64,000 nucleotides of DNA, from contig CM074804.1 in NCBI GenBank assembly GCA_037447605.1, positions 5,619,909 to 5,683,908 of the forward strand. The letters run 5' to 3'. This document shows positions 38,812-50,382 of the stretch, piece after piece. A program made the position numbers and the translations under genes. This stretch comes from Zygnema circumcarinatum SAG 698-1b (Eukaryota; Plantae; Zygnematophyceae). The number at the start of each line of letters is the position of its first letter. The stretch's first letter is position 1. The notes beneath the pieces were generated by a model, which did not search any database, was not told the origin of the DNA, and saw nothing but the letters and a program-made list of their open reading frames with translations.

Positions 38812-40504
38812 AGTTGCAGGGCTGGAGTTTGCAAGAGTTGAAATAGCATTAAGAAATGATTAATCACGTGAAGGCCGAGCAAAGAGTCCAAATGGACAAC
38901 GTATAGTTCTTAACTCTCTCACGTCAGATGAAGTGCATGTTTTTCTGCTGTACATGAGGTCATTATTATTAGCTTGAAGTTTCCAGTTTTGACAGGCAGA
39001 ATGATCCGCTGTAACATTCCATGGCAATGTGTGTGCTCGTTTGAACAAATTTCGTGTTAATTGAAAGGCGGCAGTTTGAATGGTTGCTATGAGACTGCAG
39101 AGTGAAATGCACAGCGTCGAGTCATGGCCTTCCTTAACGGGACTTTGGCTGCAGATCCTCTGTCAGTCAGTGCCAGCCGTGGGTCGGCATCTCTGCTAAC
39201 AGTGCTGCTGCGGATCTGAACCACTCCAGGCCTTCGCGTCACACTCGCTTGCACGAAGTCTGCAGTTGACGGGGCAGCTGCTTCCGAGGGAACGAGCAGT
39301 GTACTGCACTGCGCAGTGCCTTGGCGCCTCCTACTGCCTATTCCTAATGTATAGAAAGATTAAAAATTTTAGTAGTAGTCCATGTACCAATGCGTCCAGG
39401 CAAACACGTTACGCGATACATGCAAACATGCCATTCTTGACTGACATGCACGGCACAGGCTCCGGTAGACGGCAGCAGCATCTAACAGCCATGAGCCGAA
39501 GCCCACACTGCTGCAGGCATTGGTGGGAGGTCGAGGCAGTCTGCTGTGTCCACTGCCGTTGATGCTTCTGACAGTCTCCATCCACCATGTCTGGCGTTGT
39601 ACAGTCGCAGTAAACAAAGGACAGAAGAATAATGACGGAGGGAACAGCAAGGCGATTCTCAGCTTCCAGTCACCCCTCCCAACAGCTCACGTTACAGGCT
39701 CATTGGGAACATGAAAGGTAGAGGCAAACCCAGACCTCCCTCAGCAAGCAGAAGGTGAAGCGGCAAGCAGACAGCCTTGCACAGCCAAAATGAGAGAAAG
39801 AAGAGTCGGCAAGAGGCAGAGTGAAGTGCAAAGCTTGGAAATCCGCCTTTCTTAATCTGGAACCCAGCTACAACATGAAGGGATTACTATCGTCGGGCCA
39901 TTTGCTGGAGCCTACTGCTCAGCTGCCTTCACCTAACCACTACTACACGGTTCCCTGCTTCATGGACTTTCCTACTTTTGAAAGACGGCTGCTGGTGTTA
40001 TGCAGGCTCACTGATTGACCGAGGAACGACAACAAGTGCCGTTTCGATATATTGAGAGAACAGGCAATCTGGTCAGATGTCTCCCTGAGCAGCGCCTGCC
40101 ATGACCCACACAGCGACCGAAACTACCTTATTTCTAATCCACATGCAAACATTGAATAAAATAAAAAGAAACGACTGTGCTGAGCTGCAGAGTAACATTT
40201 TCTATGCACTTAACCTTTTGAACATATCCGCTCTCTGGAAGAATGAGTGCTATCACCTTCGTCCATTTTACTTCCAACTCGTCCGCCTGCCACTCCGCAA
40301 ACATCCAGTTGAAAATGCTACCTCCAACTCTGCACAATTCACAAAACTGAAACCTTCTGCTTCCTGCTTCACATCTTCAGACTCCTGCACGGATTCGAGG
40401 ATTTGCATACTGTGAACCTTAGATCGCAGCGCGAATAGGGTTCAGGGAACTCTTTCTGCACACGTTCCGATTCTTGCTTCCTCCCGATGAAACTGATCAT
40501 AACA

Positions 40505-43500
40505 TCATCGAAGCTGCTGTTGCAAGTACTCCCTTTCCTTCCTTACCATCACCTCTGCCATCTGTTCTACTTTTTGTACAAGTTCATCCTGGAGGCGCTG
40601 CAGGGCTGGCTTCGCCAAAAAACTCGACACATTCACCCGAAACCGGCTCAAAGCCTGCTGCCTAATGTTCTGCAGACACAGCATTTCCCCCACATTCACC
40701 ATTAGAAATCATTCAGGAAGTTCTCACGATACAAGAATGATCTCACTCTGCACAGAGTCAGACAAGAGATACCCTCTGCTTGCCTAGGAGACAAAAGTGC
40801 AGTGGCTTCTGCCTGTCAAACTGCTTAACGACATTCACAGACTCCACAAAACGTAGACAGATTCCTGATGCTCTCTACCTGTCTGTGCGTCCGCCTGAAC
40901 AATGTCACAAATCAAACTGACTTCAAAAAGGTTCCTTATGTTCCAAGGATCTGTAACGGCGGATTGAAAGATGCTAAGACTTTGTGGACAACTAATTGAC
41001 CTAAAAATGCTCTCACATTCCTTGAGGAAAATGAAGGAAAGCAAAACATCAAATTGAAAAAAATAGTGGTGCCTATAAGCAAGGATGATCTCACAACGAA
41101 TAGATCAACGCCAAGGGCTAACAACCATACGCAAATGCTACGGTTATTAGCTGTTAAGCTAACTGCTGTTAATCATTAATCAGGTTTGCGTGAATACCAT
41201 GGCTTCTCCCAGATTTAAGTGCCAGCCAAAGAAATTATGTCATATCACTTTGGCATAACTCGAATTGATCCAACACACGGACCCAATCTCCTGCAAATGC
41301 CTCGAAAGTACCAGCAGCTAAGTCCTCAAAAAGGACAAAACCCTTAAGACTATACCATCGTTTGTAGAAGTGGGGAAGAAACACAGCACTCACCGGCAGA
41401 ATGTCTTGTGCAGTTAGTCGCTTCTTGCTGCGAGACTCCCTATGACTGGTTATGGCTTCGTCTAGCAGCAGCTCTGCCGAGTCCAACGCCTGCTGCATCA
41501 CTTGCTGACTGCGCACCTGGGCGCCCCTATCATTGCGTTTCGCCACCTGCCGCTCAAACACCTCCAGCAACGTCTCTACACTCTTGCGGAGCGAGCGCTC
41601 TCCTGCCATGCTGAACGCTCCCAACTCTGCATCCATCTGCTCCTCCATCCTGTGGTAAAACAGGCACACAAACACAGTGAGTCAATCATAACTGCAAACC
41701 TTTCTGTTCTTGAACGGCCAGAAAGCCTCTGGACGGCAATCAGTCATTTTGCAACCAAAAAAAAACACCAAGAGAACTCCACAGACTACTTATATGTCAG
41801 CGTAAGCAAATGGCTCCCTCGGCTTCTCTGCCACATACCCTTCTGCTACTTGACTCATCACTAGAGCCATCTCCCGAGTCGACATTGGCATCCGGCCCAC
41901 CAGCTTCGCTCCCTCCAGCTCGAGCCAGCTACTGATAACCTTCAGGGAGGCCTTCATTTGGCTTTCTTCCCTCCTCGCATACCATGCAGTACTCTCCTTC
42001 TCTCCTGCGGCTTTCCGAACGCTCGCACGGGTGGAGTAAGGGTCCTCATGAGACAAACCCACCGATGCAACGTCTTGCAGCTCGATGGAACGCAGCATGG
42101 GAAACATCTCTTTTCGAGAAAACTCTTTCGATGTTTGAATGCCACTATCCGACCGCGTTGGTTTCAATACACGATTTAAGGCCTGACCGTGGTGCATTGG
42201 CGGTGAGATGAAGCGTGGCCTGGCAAGGGCTCCAGTGAGTGTCTGCGCCACATTTGGTGAAACACTGCGTCCCAAAGAATGGCCTTTCCTGCTGCCTGCG
42301 AGCGACTGTGAAAGGCCACCATTCAAAGACTGCGGGCTGTGCTCAGCCCGCTCTTTTGAAAGCAGCCCACTGAGAGGTAATTCATCGCTCCCTTCTCCAA
42401 TGCCTCTGTCAAGAGAAATGGATCGCAGCAAGGACGTAGCTACAATTCTGCGGCTCCCAGAGTCCCGGGACCTGCAAAATACAGAGGCAGCTAGAACATC
42501 AGCTGACATTGTATGCTAGGGCAACTGGGAAATATGGCTGCAGAGTTCGAGACTTCAGGGGAGTTCAAAGACTTAAAAATCCTGAGGAAATGCCTCGCCT
42601 TGTAAACCTCAAGACATCAACCGACCCAGCTGCCCTAACAGTAAAGAGGACCAAGCAAACCAGCCTGCCCTGTTCACGAAATTACAGTCTTCCTAATGAA
42701 GTTGAGCTGGAGAGTACAGCAATAACAATCACGAAAAAAATTGCATTTTTATTAACTGAAATAAGGTAAAAACTAGCTGTACGTGAAAATCATCCACTTA
42801 AGTACACTTGGCCCTATCCTACACAAACAGCACTTTGCACAGAGCGAAAAAAATTCAAACCAGGCCGGCTTCTCATACCTGATCAGCTCCTCCGCCGCGT
42901 CAGAAGTGAGAGACAACAAGGAGTGACCACGGGACATTGAAGTAGAAGAAACTTTCTGAGATTCGTCAAGAACTGCAGCAAGCTCCTTGGTCCACTGCCT
43001 CCAGTTCCCCTTCTCCCCGCGCCTCCCTGAAGTATCCTCCAACGGAACTCCACTTGCGCCGCTGCTCCCACTGCTCACTTCTGGGCTCACGCTTGCAGAA
43101 CCCGAATCTCCCGAAGAAGCTGCTCTGACAGAGCCCCTTCCCAAAATGGTCATGGGCTGCCGCCCTGACAAGCTCGCAGGCCTATCCACATTGCGCCGTC
43201 CTGCACTCTGTCGACGGCTCCGCCGCGCCAGCTGGCTTGCAGTCGTGCTCGTCACCGGCATGGGGGAAGCGCTTCCCGCCATGGCGGCCTTCTCATGAGC
43301 GCTGCCGTCATGGCTGTCGTGTCCCCCGTTCCTTCTTCCCGGGGAGGGTTGCTCCCTCGGCTTCGCCTGGAAGGACGCGCCTCCTTCTCCGCCTGGGCGA
43401 CTGCGCGATCGTTTTCTCTCCATCTCGTTCCCAACCTCCTCAGTTGCTCCCGCCGCCTTGCGGCCCGGCTCCCTAGGGGGCTCCGCCTTGCGGCCCGGCT

Positions 43501-43930
43501 CCCTGGGGGGCTCCGTCTTGCTGCCCGGAGAGGATGATCGCGCCTTGCGGGGAGAGACGCGGTCCTGCCACATCTCCACATCGCGGGAGTGCCACGTGGC
43601 GGCCCAGTCGCGGCCTGCATCGCTGCCGCCCGCTTCCGAGGACGGCAGCGAGGGGCTCTCGGCAGCCTCCTCGTGCTCGGTCCAGAGCGGCCCCGCGGCG
43701 TCGCTGTCTGGGTCGGAGAAGCGCAGAGAGCGCAGCGCCGGCTTGGCGGCGGGGAGGGCCTCCTTCCCCGCGCCGCCTGCACTGCACCAGCCTCCGATTT
43801 CAGGAGAGGGGGAGGGGTGCCTCCTGGGCACTACTGGAGCGTCGCCTTTGGAGAGAGAGATCACAGAGGCCTGGTCGAGGAGGTGATGCAGGCCGTACGC
43901 CGGCGCCAAAGATGCGCCCCTGGGAGCCAT
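40505..43930 (-). CDS. orphan multi-exon protein: disordered Ser/Gly/Pro-rich N-terminus, helical/coiled-coil C-terminus
   Basis: Phase-consistent exons 43930-42879, 42471-41839 and 41649-41394 with strong GT donors. An in-frame 30-bp coding duplication (EPPREPGRK) lies at 43454-43513. Downstream exons (~41290, ~40950, ~40675-40505) are tentative. No family recognised. Confidence 0.6.
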
Positions 43931-43948
43931 GGGCGCGCCTTGCGCTCG

Positions 43949-44150
43949 CCCTCCCTCCCTCCCTCCCTCCCTTCCTCCCTCCCTCCCTCCCTCCTTTCTC
44001 CCTTCTTCCCTCCCTCCCTCCCTTCCTCCCTCCTTCCCTCCTTCCCTCCTTCCCTCCTTCCCTCCTTCCCTCCTTCCCTCCTTCCCTCCTTCCCTCCTTC
44101 CCTCCTTCCCTCCTTCCCTCCTTCCCTCCTTCCCTCCTTCCCTCCCTCCC
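43949..44150. repeat. ~200-bp (CCTT/CCCT)n homopyrimidine microsatellite immediately 5' of the orphan gene ATG
   Basis: Directly visible CCTTCCCT/CCCT runs. Confidence 0.97.
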
Positions 44151-44248
44151 TCAAATCTCTTCTTCCCTCTCTCCCTCTCTCCCTACCCCCTCCGGCAGAG
44201 AGAGGGTGTAGAGGCGGCACACGGCGAGACCGCCGCGCCGCGCCACGT

Positions 44249-46072
44249 CACGTGGCGCCGTCCAGCTGGGCGGACGCAGGCTCTGCGTCGCACGTGCCAG
44301 TAAACTCGCCGATTGGCGTGGGCTCGGGTAGTGCCCGGCTGTCGGCGGCACCCGCGCAGGCGGCACCGCCGGCCGGCCGGCGCCCCCCGGGGGCGGGCCG
44401 GCCGGCAGCCGACAAGTGGCGCCTCGGGAGGGCGGCTGGCCGGCGGCCTCCTCGTGGCTTCCGGATCCAGATCGCGGATCTGGGCCGTCGGCGTCCGGGA
44501 GATCGAGATCGGACGGCGGCGGTTGAATGACGAGGAGTCGGTGCCGTGGCAGTCGGCTTGGAAGGGCGGAGGTCAACGGGGGCTAGGGCAGGCCCAGGGG
44601 TCTGCAGCAGAGCAGGCTGTCAGAGTGGGCGGCGGGCGCCGCGGGCTGACCACCGTCCGATCACTGGCAGGGCCATGCCCAAATTTGAAATGGGCGCAGG
44701 GCAGCCGTCGGATGGCTCGTGCGGAGTCTTTTGGGCGGGCGCTTAACCGTCCGAATCACGATGATTGCCCGGGCCCGGCCGGCCACTGCTCTGGCGGGCG
44801 GCGGGCGGCGTGCGGCGGGCGGCGGGCGGCGGGCGGGCGCAGGACTTTTGGCGAGGCGGCGCGGCGCGGCCATAAAGACGCGCGCGCGCCTTTGGATCCG
44901 TCAGGCCCGGCCCCGCCCGGCGGCATTTTGCTGCTGACAGCGCGAGGGGCGGGGCGGGGCGGGGCGGGGGACGGAGCCGCGCGGCGGGCGGGCGGGCCGG
45001 CGGGTTGGCGCATGCATGCATGGGTGGAGCCTGGACGGGAGGAAGAGGGAGGCGCTGAGCCGAACGGACGGACGGACGGACGGACGGACGGACGGACGGA
45101 CGGACGGACGGACGGACGGACGGACGAGGCTGGCAGGCGCGCGCGCGGGCGGCCGGGCGGGCGGGCGGGCGCCGTCTAAAGTACGGTACGGTACGGCGCA
45201 GTAAAACATAACAAGTGCTGCCACCGAGAATTTTTTTTGTTCAATTTTGCTCGCTCTTGAATTGAGAGCGAGACTTTAGGAAGGATTTAGTTCCGCCTTG
45301 AACTTTTGACTTGCGGTTGCAACCGCTCCAATGGCTTCTGCAGTGATCCAATGCGCTCCCGCGGGCTGGCCACGCCATGGCGCCATGACAAACGTCGTCG
45401 ATGCCAGACTTTCAAGCGCCTAATGTGCCCCCAAATGTTGAACAGGTTCGAGCGCAGCCCGCCTTCAACACGGCCCAAACGACAAAGTTCCGAAGGGTCC
45501 GTGTCCATGCCCGCTTTACTTTCCCAGTTTGTCGCTGGCCGAGGTCGTCAACAAAAGGCGCAACTTGACCTGGCGGGCGGGCCCGAGGGGGGCCTCTCCA
45601 ATGGGAACACGCCACTTGGCGGACACGTGGATCCAGCTGTCGCCACGTGGCAGCGGGCCACATTTTCTTGCGCCAATCGTCGCCACGTGGACGTAGTTTG
45701 TCTCTTCTGCATCTAAAACAGTTTTACCCCATTTTCGATCGCGAACGAGGCCACGGCCCCGCGCCTTCCGGCTGCCCGCGCCTGCCCGCGCTGCTGACGC
45801 GCGCAAACGTCAAAAAAGTTTTAACTCTTATCCACGTGGCAGTCTTTGATTTCACTTTTGAATGCTATTTCATTTCGACCTTTTGGCAGTACGGAACAAT
45901 AACATACTTTTTGTCCCAAGGTCTTGGCCGTACGGACGCACGTCGGACTGCTACCGATTTATCGGAGGCTCATTATTGGCCGCGGTCTGACGCCGTTCGT
46001 ACCGTACGGCCGATCGCGGGCGCCGTCCAGGGGGTTGCCGGTTGTCGTGTGCGGGCGGAGCGTGTGCACGTG
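44249..46072. promoter_or_regulatory. cluster of 7 G-box (CACGTG) elements, several in ABRE context CACGTGGC
   Basis: CACGTG at 44249, 44291, 45624, 45644, 45684, 45833 and 46067, upstream of the orphan gene. Confidence 0.5.
45065..45126. repeat. (CGGA)15 microsatellite in a GC-rich block
   Basis: Directly visible. Confidence 0.97.
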
Positions 46073-46438
46073 GCGGTGCTGCGGTGGGCCACGCGGCGAC
46101 TATTACGAGGGGCTGGTCGCGGGCCGGAACATTCGCGCGGCTGGCACTGGCCAAATCCACTTTCCGGGATTTCCGGGTCCTCGCTCTAAAAAGTCCCTGA
46201 GGGGTCCCAGAGCGCAACTGTTTCACCTGAGCAAGGACAAGAGCGGCAAGGCGACAAAGTGTAAAACAATTTGCATGAATACCAACCATGTTGTGTTGTT
46301 TAAACAACAACAAGTTGACCGCATGCATTCGACCGTCGCTAGTCGCCCCTGCAGCAGGCAGGCTGCTTCTGCTTCTGGAAGGATCTTGCCTTGTGGTCCT
46401 CCCGCGGGCACGGAAGGGCGCTTGACTGCCTGACCTTT

Positions 46439-46500
46439 GGCTACGGCTATGGCTATGGCTACGGCTATGGCTATGGCTACGGCTTTGGCTATGGCTATGG
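46439..46500. repeat. (GGCTAY)n hexamer repeat with 18-bp higher-order period
   Basis: ggctacggctatggctat repeated about 3.5 times. Confidence 0.95.
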
Positions 46501-47198
46501 ACCCATCGGTCGAGTGCCAACCCGCAGTTCTGTACGTACAACTCTGGGGACCATGGAGGGTCTAACCAGTGACCAGGCCATGCCTATTGGGGTCGCTTTG
46601 GATATTCGAGTTCTGTAAATTTTGTTGGTGCCCTTGACAGGCAAGCTGCCACTAAAATACGAGGCGCTTCTTCTCGGATTCCACGCTCCTGAGATTAAAC
46701 AACTCGTTAAAGGAGCAGCAGATTGGCTGCTTATTCACAACAGGAGAAAACGTGACACATGTCTCACACAATCATAGTCAAGTCTCCAAAAAGACTCGTT
46801 ACGACTCGCTCCAATAGCTTGGACGAGTTCGTAGTGTTCAGATGAGAAGCTCTTTCATTCAGCATGCGCACACTTCACAGCTGCTGCCGATCCAGAAGAA
46901 TTTTTTCAGTTTCGATTTTTTGTTTACCTCGATACACGGTCGCACAGACCATCCAAACATGTCCCTCTTTCAGCAAGAGAAGCGAAGTGATCGCTGCGGC
47001 AACTTCAATGACAATCTCATTGACACGGCCTGCCCTGATTCTAACCTCGGGATAAGTCCTGATGAATGGGACAAAACACCTTTAAAAAATGCGACCAAGT
47101 CAGGTCTGAAGAGTTAACCGCAGACACAACATCGTATGGCTGGCTACATGCGAACGGAAAACAGCGGCAGCTCTTACTGAGCAGACTCGGCCGGCTCC

Positions 47199-49309
47199 CT
47201 ACATTTCTGTGACTGGGGGAGCAGTCAGCTGCACATCACCTCCCCCCCCATAGAAGCCTAAGTTGGAAGGCGGTTGGGGCCGAGCCTTCAACTCGCGATG
47301 CTCTTGGCAGATGGCGCATGGATGGCAGAGAAAGTGAGTGCAGCAGTCTCCCATGGGCCGGTCCTGGAAGGTGAACAGTGCCCAGTCAGACTTACATACC
47401 TCTGAGATAAAGGATGATCCTCACAATTTAGCATGTTAATCATAAGGATTCATCTTGAAATAGGGGCTGTCAGCAAGAAAAGTTTCATCAAAAGAAACTG
47501 GAACACATTTATAGGCGTGTATGAAAACAGTTTGGAGTTGGCAACTTTCTGTTGCAGACAGGCATAAGCTCAAGAAGTGGATTTCATTGAAGGAAGGAAA
47601 ATAGACATTGGAGGAAGAGTTTCTACTCAATCTAAAACTTAAAAAAGTTGAACACTAATGACAAGTATGTACTGTGCAACTGAAGATGGAACTGCTCAGG
47701 ACATGCATACGGCAAACGCAGGGAGTGATTCCTAGTGAACACCGCAATTGCTCGCATGTGCTTGAGAGAGTGTACACTCAAACACGTTTTAAATTCAGGT
47801 CGAATGACATTGGTTTGTATAGTGGGGGTAGCATAGGGATGTAGCTACTCCTAGCAAGAGTGCATATGATGTCCATATAGAGGACAGGTTATAGATTCAA
47901 ACTCAAGCATGAAAAACGGGAATCGCTCTAACTTGCCAACTGCATTCACTAGTCTCATTAAATCCAACTGACAACAAAAAACACAAGAAATGCATTATTC
48001 GTACATCATGGGCCGATCAATGTACAGGATAATGAACATATCAACTCCCTGACGCATTTTTTTGGCCTCGGATCCGCACGTCTTGCCGAACAACGCAGCC
48101 AGAATGCATGTTACAGTATTCCCGGGAAACTGATTGCAACCGCATGGGCAGCGAGGACAAGCCAAGGAGGCTCAAGTCCCGGAGGTAGACACTTACTGGT
48201 AAATGGTATTTTGACCGCAGTTCCGTTCGATATAGGCACGCGTAACAAGAGACGAACGTCATCCAAAAGGCCACAGGCCCGACAACAGCTGATGTAGCGA
48301 AGGCAAAGCATCCCCCGAGTATGGCATGTATAAAGCATGGTCCCAAGCAAGGACGTCCATCCAAGGTCTCCACATTCTAGACATCGCCAAAAATCACATG
48401 AGGTACAAGGGTGAGATCGGACCCCAGACATTCACAGCCGGTGGTCGTTGTCGAGCAGTCTTCACAACAGAAACAACATCATCTGATTCCTAAAGTGTTA
48501 ATCTGACATCTATAGTTTTGAAGGCTTATTCAAGCTTTCTAAAGAAGTAGCAGCAAAAAAAATTGAAAATCATCCAAAATAGTTCATCTACCCTACAGAA
48601 ATGATTCACCAAAAGTCTAGGCAAAGAATATCTCAAGAAATTACCAGCCCGAATGTCAAATGCATTAACAGCGTATTACATATCGCATCAACATCCATCC
48701 TAAGCATAAAACAAAAGGATTGCAGCTGGAACTCCAACATTTCTTGGCGTTGAATTCAAGGGGGAAGTCTCCAATACCAGTCGGCCAGTTATCGTCAGTT
48801 TTATAGACTGCATTATAAAAGATAAAACAGGAGCTGGCATTCACTGCCACATCACATTGTACAGAGAATCGGATTTACCGTCTCGACATCAAGTAGACAG
48901 ACCGTCCAAGCAGCCATTCTCCAGAAGCAGTCAATACATTTCATTACAACGAAAGCTCACCTGGCCGAAAAGGACACAAGGGCAGAACAGGCCAAGACAA
49001 CCTGCAAGAGCCAAGTTCGCAGACGTCGCGAATCATGCTCGGACAGATTCAAATCCGCATATTCACCTAGATCGCTGATGGGAAGCGTTCAGCTGGCGAT
49101 GAAACATCAGCTTGAATGCCTTTCGAAAAATGAAAGCTAAACATTCCAACCAGAGAGAAAATTGCTAATCTAGACGTCAACACCAAACTGTTGAAGGCAA
49201 CAAACTCACAGCTGCTCTTGTCCTGGAGGCAGTCAAACAGACCCGAGCGCCACGCCTGCTCTGCTTCCTCTCTTGCAGCAGGCGGATGCTCCATGCTCCC
49301 TCGCGGCAA
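47199..49309 (-). CDS. PLAC8 (CNR/PCR/FW2.2-like) cysteine-rich protein
   Basis: Exons: QAWRSGLFDCLQDKSSC | CLGLFCPCVLFGQ | NVETLDG..CYACLYRTELRSKYHLP | DRPMGDCCTHFLCHPCAICQEHRELK..TAPPVTEM* (47363-47199). Start could be 49309 or 49294. Confidence 0.92.
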
Positions 49310-49604
49310 GGTGCTCCTGCGTGGATCGTCAAGAGACCGCCCGGCAGCGAGGGTCGCGCGAGGAAGGCCCTTCTTTGAATTTAAGCTTGTCTCCCTCCGG
49401 GAGGAGTGAGCCCGCGCTGCACTGCGGGCCGGCGCTTTCAGCGCATCAACAAGTTGCTTGAAAGTGAGGGGGTCCTTCCTTTGATTCCCCGTGTTGTTTT
49501 TGGCATCGCCATAGTGAGGTCAATACAAATTCATTCCACTCCTAGGCGGTCTTTAAAGCAAATTTCTGTAATGCGAACGCCTTAAGCGCCATAGAGTCTT
49601 TGGG

Positions 49605-49742
49605 GGAAGGATGTGGCATTGATCTCACGATGGCGAGGCCATCAAATGCACATGGACAAAATTAGCATGGGGAACCACGAGGAACTGGTCGCAAAGGACC
49701 TAAGCACAAAAGGAAAAAGCTAGGAGCGGAAAACTACGCCTA
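49605..49742 (+). repeat. dispersed repeat family B (~135 bp), intergenic
   Basis: Aligns with 36657-36780(-) and 35308-35368(+). Confidence 0.88.
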
Positions 49743-50382
49743 CCCTTTTGGGGGTTTCAGACCGTTTCTACATTTGCACAACAAACAAACTGAAGCCGTT
49801 CAACCCGGGTCTGCTTACAATAGCACTGTGCAACGGAGGACAATCTATGGTACCTCCGCAGGCTATCGCTCTGCAGTTGCAAAATCTTATCGATGTATAT
49901 GATGGAGCTGAAATTTGTGGCATGGATGCATCGCCGAGGCTTGCAATGGTTCCGCCATCGCAAGTGCATGAAGGGCCTTTCAAATAAGTAAACCACGAGA
50001 AGGAGAGCGGTTGTCGTTAAGAAGAAAAAGATGTTTGTGAATGAGAGTTGTGACAGTGGCATCCTTACAGTAATGATGTGATTCGTCAGAGGTCAACTTT
50101 AACAAAAAGCGAAATGCTATGAACTTTCTGTTACGAATTCATTATTACTGTCGATCACATTACATGGAAAAACATGACCACCATCATCATGATCACTATC
50201 ACGATCATTCCATGTCTCTATTCCCGATTTCTCTTTTTCCAGGAATGCTCAAATGAGCAAACCCCGACAAAGTTTTTCTTCTGCCAGGGAATATTCAGAA
50301 GACCCCCAAAATTAATTAGCCTGACCTTAGTTTTCCTGTATCCACCTGAAGCTGCGCAGACAGGACGACACACGAAGGAGAA

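Noticed and set aside
39000-40100. Short ORFs between DUF4079 and the orphan gene
   Set aside because: No recognisable domain, consistent splice chain or RNA-gene structure.
43237-45224. Many long overlapping Arg/Pro/Gly/Ala-rich ORFs
   Set aside because: Expected from very high GC and microsatellites; only the minus-strand frame from 43930 has splice support.
45181-46008. Imperfect inverted GTACGGTACG...CGTACCGTAC pair as possible MITE ends
   Set aside because: Low-complexity pentamer repeats, no TSD, and no second copy in the window.
49650-49670. ATTAGCATGG shared with U6 snRNA
   Set aside because: Only 10 nt match; ACAGAGA box and the rest of U6 are absent.
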